A stretch of 64,000 nt of DNA from Octopus sinensis (lineage: Eukaryota), in contig NC_043002.1 in the NCBI RefSeq assembly GCF_006345805.1, forward strand, positions 96,286,001-96,350,000. The letters run 5' to 3'. The position numbers and the translations under genes were made by a program. The notes below the pieces were generated by a model. It was given only the letters and a program-made list of their open reading frames with translations. It ran no database searches and had not been told where the DNA came from. This document shows, in pieces, positions 1 to 11,040 of this stretch. Within the stretch, counting starts at the first letter, position 1. The number at the start of each line of letters is the position of its first letter.

Positions 1-9
1 ATATATATA

Positions 10-268
10 TTGCAGCGTGGAAGGTGTTTGTAAGCCATTTAAGAAACACACAAAAACCGTTACATTCACTTCAACATTTAAATTTAATTTGCCAAAATAT
101 TTTCGTCGCTTTGAGACCGCGACCTGTTCACTGACAAAAATATCGTGCTAACAGGTCGCGGTCTCAAAGCGATGAAAATATTTTGACAAATTAAATTTAA
201 ATGTTGAAGTGAATCTAATGGTTTTTGTGTGTTTCTTAAATGGCTTATAAACACCTTCAACGCTGCAA
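10..268. repeat. Long near-perfect palindrome (119-bp arms 10..128 and 150..268, 21-nt loop) at the end of a dispersed repeat
   Basis: TTGCAGCGTGGAAGGTG...GACCTGTT pairs with AACAGGTC...CACCTTCAACGCTGCAA, about 6 mismatches; a related copy lies at ~27910-28028. Confidence 0.9.
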
Positions 269-431
269 CTGTTTTCGTTCCAGCACACGATCTCAGATCA
301 AGTCACTTGCTATGCAAGTACATCTCTGTAACTATATATATATTTATATATATATATATATATGTATATTGGTAAAAACAGTAAGATAACAAAAGAAAGA
401 AAGAGACCTCAATATTATGTAAATAGAGGAA

Positions 432-827
432 ATCTTTATATATAAAAGTGAGGTTGTGTGTCTGTCTCCTACGATTTAGATTCCTAACTACTCCCACATT
501 TTGCGGTGCAGTTTAACCAAAACCGGGTATCTTATAGTCATGATTCATATCGAGACCGTCTGGGTATTAGCGCGCGTCTACGATGAGTCTACGATTTAAA
601 AAAAATTTAACATCAATTTTTCCCATTTTTAATCCATTTTTGACATATATAAGGGAAGTAACTCTCTAAAATTTATTATTAAATCTCAGAACGTAAAAAG
701 CTACAGTAACACCCCTCCCTCTTTGTGGTTAGCCATATTGAGATGGCTATTATACTTTACATCTCTAAAAATGCTTATATAATTATTTCCCTTACAAACC
801 CGAGCAACGCCGGGCGATACTGCTAGT
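432..827 (-). mobile_element. Non-autonomous Helentron/DINE-1-like element
   Basis: Reverse strand begins ACTAGCAGTATCGCCCGGCGTTGCTCGGG and ends TTTTATATATAAAGAT; same ends as 58731..59115 and 22428..23618. Confidence 0.6.
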
Positions 828-1034
828 TTATTGATAAAAAATCCAAATATCATGACAAATTTGCACAATGACACATGAAGGAGTTTTTTTACAAGTACTA
901 CTGGATTACTTAAATCCATATATTGTGACTTCACCATGACATATCTTTATTATTGTCACACTGCCTTCTGTGCATGCATTCTTATAGTTGGTAGTGGTCA
1001 TGTGATTGAAGTTTAAGCCTGATAGCACCATTTT

Positions 1035-2570
1035 TCTTTCTGGCTTTACAGTGTGAGCATGACACCAAAGATGAACAAGAGCAGTGATCTGATTTCTCTG
1101 GTTTGAAGGTGTGTCAGGTGCTGAAATTCATCAGAGGCTTTGTTGTGTGGACACTCCCAGATGATAAATAGGCTAGTCCAATACGTATGAATAGTGGATA
1201 TGATAGCTAGTCGTAGAAGTGACACGTAGAGTGAGCCGGTGCCATTGGTAGACTAGATGTTGAGTTCTGTTGAGTCAAGTCATTGAAAGAGCATTTGGTA
1301 GTTGATTAGAGATACGTCATTGGTGAAAGTACACCATCCAAACATGCGATATAACAGTGGCGACAAGGTTTCAAATAGTACCGAAATGGAAGAGTTACTG
1401 AAAGCAGTTGTCAAACTAGAAGAGCAGTAAGAGCAGCAACAACAGAAGTTAACAGAATTGTTACTGCAGTCAAGAAATATAACAGAATCATTTTCAGCGG
1501 ACGGTGTTGCAAATTCCATCGAAGAATTTCACTAAAAACCGGATGAAGGAACTACTTATACTGCATATTACAGACGATACGAAGACATATTCCGAGAGGA
1601 ATGCAAGGGATGGTCTAGTGAAAGGAAGGTAAGACTTTTGCGAAAGCTTGCCCTTCCAGAACATGAAAGTTTTTGTAACTTTATTTTGTCAAGAAAGCCC
1701 ACGGAATTGTGTTTTGATGAAACAATGAATATTTTGACTAATATTTTTAGCGAGAAAAGTTTGCAGTTTAACATTTGGTGGGAATGTTTAAATTTAAAGA
1801 AAAACAAGTCCGACGATTTTGTAACATATGCCGGTATAGTTAATAAGGCTTGCGAAAGGTTTAAGCTGGAAAAATTAATGCCAGATATGTTCAAGTGCCT
1901 AATATTCGTTAAAGGGCTGGTGGCAATGGAAATTAGAAAAAGAATATTATCAAAGCTGAATGAAGATGTGAAACTAACCTTGCAGAAAGTGGCTGAGGAA
2001 TGCCAACAAATAATAAACCTTTGAGATGATACAAAGAAAATAGAATACAATGATAAGAATGTACAAATGTGTAAAGGAAGTACAGATAGAAGAAAATATA
2101 TAAATTCAAAACGGTGCTTATAAACCTATTAAAAAAAGATATACCAAAAATCAAGAGAGGCGAGAGGAACCAGTGGATATATGGTATGATTTGTTTGAGG
2201 TACCAGAACCACAAGCAGAAGTAAGCTAGTCCAATATGTATAAATAGTAGACGTGATAGCTAGTCATAAAAGCGTCGCGTAAAGCTAGCTGGAGCTATTG
2301 GTAGACAAGATGTTGAGTTGAGTCGTCGGAAGTGAGAGTTTGGTAGTTGAGTAGAGGTATGACATTGGCGAAGGTACGCCATCTGAACGTCCGATATAAC
2401 AGGTTTTTAGCACAATACAGGGACAGTGCACTACTGTGTAGAAGTGTGTATGAGTGGACTGAAAACTTTAAAAGTGACCAGACAACCGTGATGCACGAAG
2501 AGGGAGCAGGGCGCCTGTCAACCTTCACCACTGACGAGAAGATTCAGCAAGCTCGAGAGATGGTAAAGGT
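1035..2570 (+). mobile_element. Mariner transposase N-terminal remnant (1035..1140 and 2402..2570), split by an LTR element
   Basis: Left part reads approximately KDEQ..V..F....GVSGAEIHQRL; right part continues LAQYRDSALLCRSVYEWTENFKS...GRLST, a mariner HTH-like sequence. Confidence 0.7.
1141..2401 (+). mobile_element. Ty3/Gypsy (Mag-like) LTR retrotransposon deletion derivative: 5'LTR 1141..1356, PBS, gag remnant, partial 3'LTR ~2222..2401
   Basis: Direct repeats with TGTT...AACA termini; PBS TGGCGACAAGG at 1358 (near-complement of the tRNA-Ser(GCU) 3' end); 5-bp TSD GGCTT/GGTTT; gag-like ORF 1638..2024 (RKLALPEHE...FKCLIFVKGL). Confidence 0.85.
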
Positions 2571-4515
2571 AAGCTGGTACACCATTACCATTTCTCGAAT
2601 CACTGCTTTTTATTCTTTTTTGGTGCACATTGCTAGAGGAGTTGCCATGCTTACACTAAAACCAGAAAGAAAAATGGCATGATCAGGCTCAAACTTCAAT
2701 CAGGTAACCATAATAATAATTATAAGCACGCATGCGCAGAGGGTAGTGTGACAATAATAAAGATATGTTATGGTGAAGGTGCAGATAATTTTTGACTTCC
2801 TCTTGCATATACATACATACATACATACACACACACATACATATGTATGTGTGAGTGCATGCATGTTTGAGTCTCCTTGTTTTTACAGTGTAATAGTTGT
2901 ACAATGATTGTCATTGTCATACAAGCAGTGTCATTTATTTCTAATATTCTGTGAAAATATGTTTGACCATGAGGAAATATTACTTTGCTTGGAAACACAT
3001 GAGAAAATTTGCAGAAAATGAAGATGATGATGATGGTGATGGTGAAGATAATTTAATTTGGAAGACTAATATGTAGTCTCGCAAATTATATTTAAGTAGG
3101 TGTTAATATACTCTATGTAGCAAATGAGTCAAAAACAAATATTTTAGTTGAATAGAATTACTTGGAGTGAGGAGAAAAAAACCCCAGCTTAGATTTAATC
3201 TTCTATCTTTTACTTGTTTCTGTCAGTGGAATTTGGCCATACAGGGGCACCACCTTGAAGAGTTTAGTTAAACATATTGACTCCAGTAGTTACTTTTTAA
3301 GCCTGGTATTTACTCTATCAGCCCCTTTTGCAGAATTGCCAAGTTAAGGATGTAAACAAGCCAACAGCAGTTGTGAAGCAGTGGTAGGGTACAAACACAC
3401 ACACACACTCACACACACACACACACACACATGTGCTCATGCACACACATGCACGACAAGCTTCTTTCAGTTTCTGTCTTCCAAATTCACTCACAAAGCT
3501 CTGGTTTACTTGAGGCTATAGTAGAAGAAAGACATTTACCCAGGGTGCCACGCAGTGGAACTGAACCAGGAACTGTGGTTTGGAAGCAAATTTCTTACCA
3601 CACCCATACCTGCATATAACAATTAACTCTTAAGAAAAAGAAGAGAGACAATTCTAAAATCTAAATTAATTAAAATTTGAATAGGGGTGTGTAGTGAAAA
3701 TCGAATTTGATATTTAGCAAGTAAAGTGAAAACTCCAAGCATGTTTGTGTTGTTAAACCTCCTTTGCAGTACAAAATCTCATCTGTTCTTATCAGACCTT
3801 AAGCTAACTGATGACTGCATAATATAAAGATTCACTGACTTCACAATTTTAGTGACTGGAGAAATCTATTTAGAGTTGCCTTCTGCATGAAGAATATATA
3901 GTTAAGTGGAGGCTAACATGCAGTGAAGCAAAAAAAAAAAGGATGTTTAATTAATCAAATTTATACTCATTTATATTAATGATTGATTTTTATTGAAAAA
4001 GGTAAGAGAAGTATTAAAATCTTACCAAAACACCACCTCAAATATTTCTTCTTCTTTGCCCTTCACCTCCTCCTTCTTGTTATTGTGTTTGTTGTTGTTG
4101 ATCCATGCTTAGGACCTTCAACCATTCTTGTTTCCCATACAGCATGCAATTGGTCCAGTCTTTCTGAAGCCAGCTGGTAAGGCCATCTGCTTATCTGTCT
4201 GTCTGTTTGTGTCTCTGTCTGTCTGTCTTCCTCTCTCTTTCCCGGTTTCTTCTTCCTTTTGGTTCTAATTAAGTATACAACCACTTTGAAACATTTCAAA
4301 AATGGCTTTAAAATCCTTTATATGTATATATATATATATATAATATATATATATATATATAATGAAATGTCTTATTTGAATTTATAATCTAAATTTTATT
4401 TTAACAACAACATTAATGACTTTGTACTCCTTGACTAGTCTGGAAGACAACAAAAAAGATAAGTTATAGAAAATTAATCCATTTATATGTCCATTGCTGT
4501 TACTTTAAACTATAG

Positions 4516-4598
4516 GTGATCTTGCACATTATGATGAGGATGGACATTTTTACATCACAGATCGGTTGAAGGAGCTCATCAAATATAAAGGCTTTCAG
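4516..4598 (+). CDS. Upstream paralog (copy A), exon equivalent to exon 9
   Basis: 83 nt identical to 59396..59478 with the same splice sites. Confidence 0.9.
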
Positions 4599-4987
4599 GT
4601 AACTGCATTATTCTTGTTATTAAAGACATGGACATAGTTATGTGGTTAAGAAGTGTTTCTTCAGAACAGTGTGTTTTAGCATGTGTTTCCGCTGAGTGGC
4701 ATTATCAATAGATGTTTGTTACTATGGTCTTTGGCTGATAAATACTGTGTGCAAAGAATTGGCAAGCAGAAACTGTAAGAAACCTGTTGCATGTGCACAC
4801 GCACGTGTGTATGTGTGACTGTCTAATTGAGACACATTTGTTCTCTTCTGTAGTTTTTTTTGTTTTTGTGTATCTTCATCTGTCCTATCTGTAGAGAGCA
4901 TAGGCTCAAAATGTTAAAGGATTCTAATTTTCCTGATTGCCAACCTCATATACCCTGTTTGTTTTCTCACTTTTTGTCTTTTTGTAC

Positions 4988-5031
<44 letters not shown>

Positions 5032-5050
5032 TGAATAGATGGACATACAT

Positions 5051-5102
<52 letters not shown>

Positions 5103-5273
5103 CAAATAAGAAAATGGAGAAACAAATTCAGTTTGTTTATCAACTTACGGATATTACAATGTTACATTATTTATTCATTTTGCAAACAAAATATTATATA
5201 AATCAATAGGTAATATAACAATACAAATACAGATTTTAAAAGTCATATTATAAATCATTGAAATTCATAAACT

Positions 5274-5411
5274 ATTTCTTACAGCTGTTTCAGCCTATGG
5301 TCAAAAGTTAATCCAACTTACATTGCCTATAGATGTCAACATATTAGGGTTGTAGGCATTTAAAAAATATAATACTTATATGTTAAAAGAACCATAGGTC
5401 TCGTCAGAGGA
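5274..5411 (-). ncRNA. Type I hammerhead-ribozyme-like motif (Penelope type)
   Basis: Minus strand: CUGACGA, stem II CCUAUGGU/ACCAUAGG, GAAA, palindromic ACAGCUGU, triplet GUA. Stem I is weak and imperfect. Confidence 0.55.
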
Positions 5412-5520
5412 TATAATTAACTTGAAAAATATAATAATAATATTAATATACTATACATGCTGCACTTATTATCTAATATATACAAATAAATAATAAACAA
5501 ATACTCAAAAATACATACAT

Positions 5521-6660
5521 ATACATAAGAGAAATAACCTCTATTAAGTAATTCAATTGAGAGTGAAAGATATCTATATCAAATCATATAGAAAAAATTT
5601 AAATATATTTTAATAAATATTATTTTAAAAATCACTAAATTAAATAAACATTAAATTGGCTACGTGGTTTTGGGACTATATCTTTAAATCAATGATAATA
5701 ATATCGATACTATTAAAATTAATTTGATTTAAAAATATAGCCACTCTTCAGGTCTAAAATAATAAAATAATTGCATGTATCTTAACATATAATAATTAAC
5801 AAATAAATATAGAAACATGTATCGTAACAATGAATATTCGAATAAAATGTAACAATATTAATGAAAAATAATATCAGTATGTTTTAACATGTGTTTCCAC
5901 TGAGTGACATTATCAATAGATGTTAACTGGTATTCTTCAATAAGATAAGTTATGATTTTATTTTTCATTAATTTTGTTACATTTTATTCAATTATTTATT
6001 GTTACAATACATATATTTCTATATTAATTTTTAATTCTTATACATCAGCGTTGCTTGGGTTTGTTTTGACCCTTTAGAATTGGAATTTTTGAAAAGTAAA
6101 AATTTTGCATTATGTAGCTTGTTATTCTCTTTAAGTGAACATTTTACTGGTTGAAATACACTGACAAATGGCAACACAGCAGTCAAAAAATTGTAAAAAA
6201 TAGGGATTTCCATAGAAAAAAAGCACCTTTTTGATGTGGATAATTTTTGGTCCTAACATGCTCTGATTTGAATTTTTTTCTTCTACGGAATGAAGAGCAA
6301 GCCTTCTTCTATCATACTCTCAATTTAGGTCAACTAATGGTCTTGGAGGAGATAGTGTTAGTTAAAGGCTACCAAACCTGCCACACACAGACGACTTCAG
6401 CTTTATATATATGTATATATTTTAGACCTAAAGAGTGGCTATATTTTTCAATCGAATTAATTTTAATAGTATCGATTTTATTATTACCGATTTCAAGATA
6501 TAGTCACGATACGTTCATAGTCAATTTAATGTTTATTAAGTTTAGTGATTTTTAGAATAATATTTATTATAATATATTAAAATTTTTTCTACATGATTTA
6601 ATATAAATAATATCTTTCACTCTCAATTGAATTACTTAAAAGAGGTTATTTCACTTAATT
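5521..6660. repeat. Imperfect inverted repeat, arms ~5521..5760 and ~6419..6660
   Basis: GAAATAACCTCTATTAAGTAATTCAATTGAGAGTGAAAGATA vs TATCTTTCACTCTCAATTGAATTACTTAAAAGAGGTTATTTC; CCACTCTTCAGGTCTAAAAT vs ATTTTAGACCTAAAGAGTGG. Confidence 0.85.
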
Positions 6661-6759
6661 ATATACATATATTATATATTGTGAAATTTGATTTAGAATT
6701 GCTAAATTGAATGTTTCACTGTACGTTTGGAATTTTATATTCCCTACTATTATTAATTA

Positions 6760-6791
6760 TATATATATATATATAGAGACATGCATACTTG

Positions 6792-6826
<35 letters not shown>

Positions 6827-6844
6827 AGACATGCATACATGTAT

Positions 6845-6875
<31 letters not shown>

Positions 6876-7124
6876 GACATGCATACATGTGTATATATAT
6901 ATATATAATATATATATATATAAACATGCATACATACATGTATGTATATATATATTATATATATATATATATATATAAACATAAATACATGTGTGTATAT
7001 ATATATATATATAATATATATATATATTATATATATATATAAACATAAATACATGTGTGTATATATATATATATATATATAAACATAAATACATGTGTGT
7101 ATATATATATATATATATAGACAT

Positions 7125-7158
<34 letters not shown>

Positions 7159-7235
7159 AGACATACATACATGTTATATATATATATATATATATAGACA
7201 TACATACATGTATATATATATATATATATAGACAT

Positions 7236-7286
<51 letters not shown>

Positions 7287-7330
7287 TATATATCTAATTA
7301 CATGCATGCACATACGCACACTATATATAT
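6760..7330. repeat. Compound (TA)n-based minisatellite with recurring ACATACATACATGT-like spacers
   Basis: Repeated units of ~25-35 bp: (TA)n + GACATACATACATGT or AACATAAATACATGTG. Confidence 0.9.
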
Positions 7331-7836
7331 ATATTTACATGTTGTGTATTGCATTTGAATGCTCATCAAAAATAAACTCACAATCTATACAAATGATATC
7401 TTTGATTACAATCTACTTTGAAAATATGTCCAGCCATTGAGCTGTTTGTTTCTCAAAGGGACCAGAGGAAATATTACTTTGCTTGAAGACAGGTGAGGGC
7501 TGATGACCGAAAGAGCATCAAGCCACAGAATGTCTACCTTAACAAAGTTTCATCTGACTGATGAAAGTATAGGACAGTGGATATTATGAGGTTGTCGAAG
7601 GTGGCTGCATCAGTAATGGCAAGGAGGAGGAGGAGGCAGATATTTCAAGAATTACTTTCCAAGTTTTCTTCAAGTTTAACCATTAATTCTAAAATTGCAA
7701 TTATGATTAATGGATTTTGTTCTAATTTATTCTCATGTTCTTTTTAGATTTGCATGCATTCTTGAGATAAGTTAGGCTTCTTTTTTTAAATAAACATAAA
7801 TTTAAATACTCTTATTTAATTTCTTTATTCCGCTAG

Positions 7837-8002
7837 GTGGCTCCAGCTGAATTAGAAGCTCTACTAATTACACATCCTGATATTAAAGACTGTGCTGTGA
7901 TAGGTATCCCAGATGAGAAAGCTGGAGAATTACCTCGAGCTTATGTTGTCAGTAACGATAAAAGCACCATACGTGAGGAAGATGTTTTGAATTTCACTAA
8001 AG
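7837..8002 (+). CDS. Copy A exon equivalent to exon 10 ([10 protein letters not shown]...LNFTK)
   Basis: 166 nt, four nucleotide differences from 60420..60585; splice sites intact. Confidence 0.9.
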
Positions 8003-8524
8003 GTTTACATTTTGCTTACATTTTATAATTTATATTTGGTTTCATTAAACAAATGGAAAATAAGGAGTTAAAATTAGAGGAGATACTTAATGATTTAGAA
8101 AATACTGAAATCATTATAAGAATCTACTCCACTTCATCTTCAAGGCATGCATAAGTTTCTCCACTCTACTCTTTCACATACAAAAACTGGATGCAGGCAG
8201 AACTGTGTAGTTTACAGTTATATGGCTTGTTAGGCTAATCCCATTGTGCAGCGTCTTGAATAATTGTTATCTATAATCTGTCTGTTAAAAGAACCATTTC
8301 ATTTATGGTACTAGTTTTAATAATTGACTTATTTAATATCACCTGACCTTTCAAAGCTTTAATGAAGTGTATAGTATTGCAAGATTTTGAACATTTTCTC
8401 CTTCTAAGATTATCTTCTTCCTTTCCATCAATCTCAGAGATCTTTAAAAACGTCATAAATGTTGGTTGCTCTTCTTTTGATTAAGTGATAAAATGAATGA
8501 AAGTTTTTTTTAAATATGCACAAT

Positions 8525-8792
8525 TGTGAGTGGATTTGGTAGACGGAAACTGAAAGAAGCCTGTTGTATATATGTATGTGTGTGTATATGTTTGTGTGTC
8601 TGTGTTTGTCCCCCCAACATCGCTTGACAACCGATGGTGGTGTGTTTACGTCCCCATAAATTAGTAGTTTGACAAAAAAGACCGATAGAATAAGTACTAG
8701 GCTTACAAAGAATAAGTCCTGGGGTCAGTTTGCTCATCTAAAGGTGGTGCTCCGGCATGGCCACAGTCTAATGACTGAAACAAGTAAAAGAG
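8525..8792 (+). mobile_element. 5'-truncated tRNA-derived SINE (Octopus OK/OR-like family); duplicated at ~61125..61410
   Basis: Reverse complement of the 3' part of the copies at 24376 and 25415. Confidence 0.7.
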
Positions 8793-10912
8793 AGTAAATT
8801 TTTGTGTGCAAGTTTTCACTCATTTATGCTGCTCTATTCTCAGTGGCTCACTATTCATGTCTCTTCTACCACTACTATTTGAACAGTGGAACCTGGTGCT
8901 GCTTCTCAATTTGGCACGTAAAAAGCACTCACTACACTCTTGGAGTGGTTGGTGTTAGGAAGGGCATCCAGCCTTTGAAGCCATACCAAATTAGATCGGA
9001 ACCTGGTGCAGATCCCCAGCTCATCAGTTATCAATCAAACCATCCAACCCATGCCAGCGACAATGATGATGATGTTTGCTGAACATTACTCTCCCTAGCT
9101 CACTCAAACTATGTGTCTTCCTTTGCTCCCACCTTTAAGCAATTTTAAATAATTTAATGTCTTTTCCCTTCCACAACTACAACTACTGGAATTTCTTAAG
9201 GCAGTGAGCTGGCAGAATCATCGGTATATTAGATAATAATGCTAAGCAAGATTTCTTCTGGCTCTTTATGTTCTGAGTTGAAATGCTGCTGTCAGCTTTG
9301 CCTTTCATTCTTTCAGGGTTGATGTAATAAACTTACCCCTTTGCCCCAAAATTGCTGGCATATGCCAAAATTAGACTTCATTGTAAGAAAGTCAAAATCT
9401 TCTATAGACAAGGTCCCTCTTTCTCAAATGAAGCTTCTTCATAAATTTAAACACTAAAATTGTTTCTAAACATACATACGCCATTAGTTTATGGCTAATT
9501 TCATAATAAACGGAGCATGTGAAATGTGAAAAATAACAATACAAAATTCACCATTCAGTTCTGTCCATGTAAACCATTGATTTAATAGTTGTGCACTTGA
9601 TTCAATTCCAGTAAAGTTTATTTTTGTGTTTTGTCAGACTCTACTAAGAATTTTGGATTTTCATTTTAGTAGATAAAATTTGAATTAGTAATACAGGTAT
9701 ATTCATTTAATCTTTGACCTGGTTTCTGTATCTTAGACAAGGCAAGAAAGTGAGAATTGTTTGTTGCTATTTTACCCCAGTTCATAAGTGATTAAGTAGA
9801 CTTATAGTCTATTACCATCCTATGTTTATTTCAGGCATCATGTATTTCACACTGTGACCCAATGTGGTATCAGTTATCAGTTTCTGTAACATAGTAGTAT
9901 GAGATTTAAGGAAAATTTAGTTGCTATTTCTAACAGTTGAGCACCCATATAAAGACTCTTTTATTGATTTGAGATAGATTTAGAAATGTATTATGGTAAA
10001 AATGATGCTCATAGCCATGTACAGAAGAATTAAATTTTTAAGAATCAACATTAAACGCCTGAACATATTGTGTCAGTTTGCTAAGTTGTGTCACACAAAA
10101 GTAGTCATCTGCTACATGGTAGACATCCATTGAATAAATGCATAAATTGATTACACAATTTGACACAATGCCATAGATTAGTAAAGGAGATATATGTAGG
10201 TAATTAGGTCACCCACAGTTAATGCCTGCTACCGTGCCTTCTTGAAGGATAGGGAGACTGGGCAGTTGCTCACAGTGAGAGATAGTCCAGAGCCTCTGTC
10301 TGTCATGGTTGACTATTTATCTGCATCTCTATGTGCAGGCCTTTACAAGGTTGTTTCTTTCTTTCTAGTGGGAGACTAGCAGGTGTCTGTGTATGCAAGT
10401 CACTTTTCTTTGCCCTCATGTTGTTCAAGGGAAAGGCATTTTTTTAAAAACGAATGCAGCTTGGCATTAGAATCATCAAACATATTGCTATCAGAACACA
10501 AGAAACCAGTACAAAGACTGCAAAGCAGTTCATCTGACACTCAAACAGTTCTACCAATTCATTTTATTGGACTGACAAAATGATATTTTTTGTGATGCTG
10601 AATGGATGAAAAGCAAAGCTGACCATGGATTTTAATTCAGAGCACAAAGAGAGTTGAAACAAATACCATAAGGCATTCTATCTTTAAACCTCAAAAGACT
10701 TTGTCGGTTTGTGGCCTTGAGAGGTACTCCATTTATTAATTGGGCACCATTATATTAGTTTTCAAAGATGACTTTAAATTGTCCCATGGTATCGAAAAAC
10801 AAAAGGAAACCAATCTAGATTTCTTATTTTTAATAAAATTTAGACAAAAATGTCAGTAGTATCTTAATAATGTTCCTTTCTGTTTTCTCTCTTCTTTTTT
10901 CTTTATATTCAG

Positions 10913-11040
10913 CTAATGTTGCTCCATACAAGCAGCTCCGAGGAGGTGTGGAATTTGTACCTGAAATTCCAAAATCAGCAGCTGGGAAAATACTACGTAG
11001 AATTTTGCGAGATTCTTATAAAAATAAGCTTAATGACTGA
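10913..11040 (+). CDS. Copy A terminal exon ([30 protein letters not shown]...NKLND*)
   Basis: Two nucleotide differences from 63533..63660; TGA at 11038-11040. Confidence 0.9.

Larger units (their letters stand above)
5100..6760 (-). mobile_element. Copy-A-specific intron-9 insertion, probably Penelope-like terminal (pLTR) sequence with an internal inverted repeat
   Basis: Absent from copy B intron 9 (941 bp versus 3238 bp in copy A); carries a hammerhead-like motif and inverted arms; inserted in a (TA)n tract. Confidence 0.55.

Noticed and set aside
6760-7290. Regularly spaced repeat units superficially like a CRISPR array
   Set aside because: The spacers are (TA)n rather than unique sequence, the context is eukaryotic, and there are no cas genes; it is a minisatellite.
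6707-7319. Long ORFs of YI/VC repeats (up to 189 aa), and similar ORFs at 4914, 25562, 30620, 37661, 55687-56308
   Set aside because: These are translations of (TA)n, (CA)n and (GA)n microsatellites, which lack stop codons in some frames.
7495-7525. CTGATGACCGAAAG resembling a hammerhead core (also at ~60090)
   Set aside because: There is no room for stem II and no stem I or III; it lies in a decayed dispersed repeat.
8271-10583. ORFs repeated identically in both duplicates (8271, 8510, 8804, 10383 and 60813, 61112, 61421, 63000)
   Set aside because: They lie in intron 10 and SINE sequence; their identity reflects the duplication, not coding constraint.
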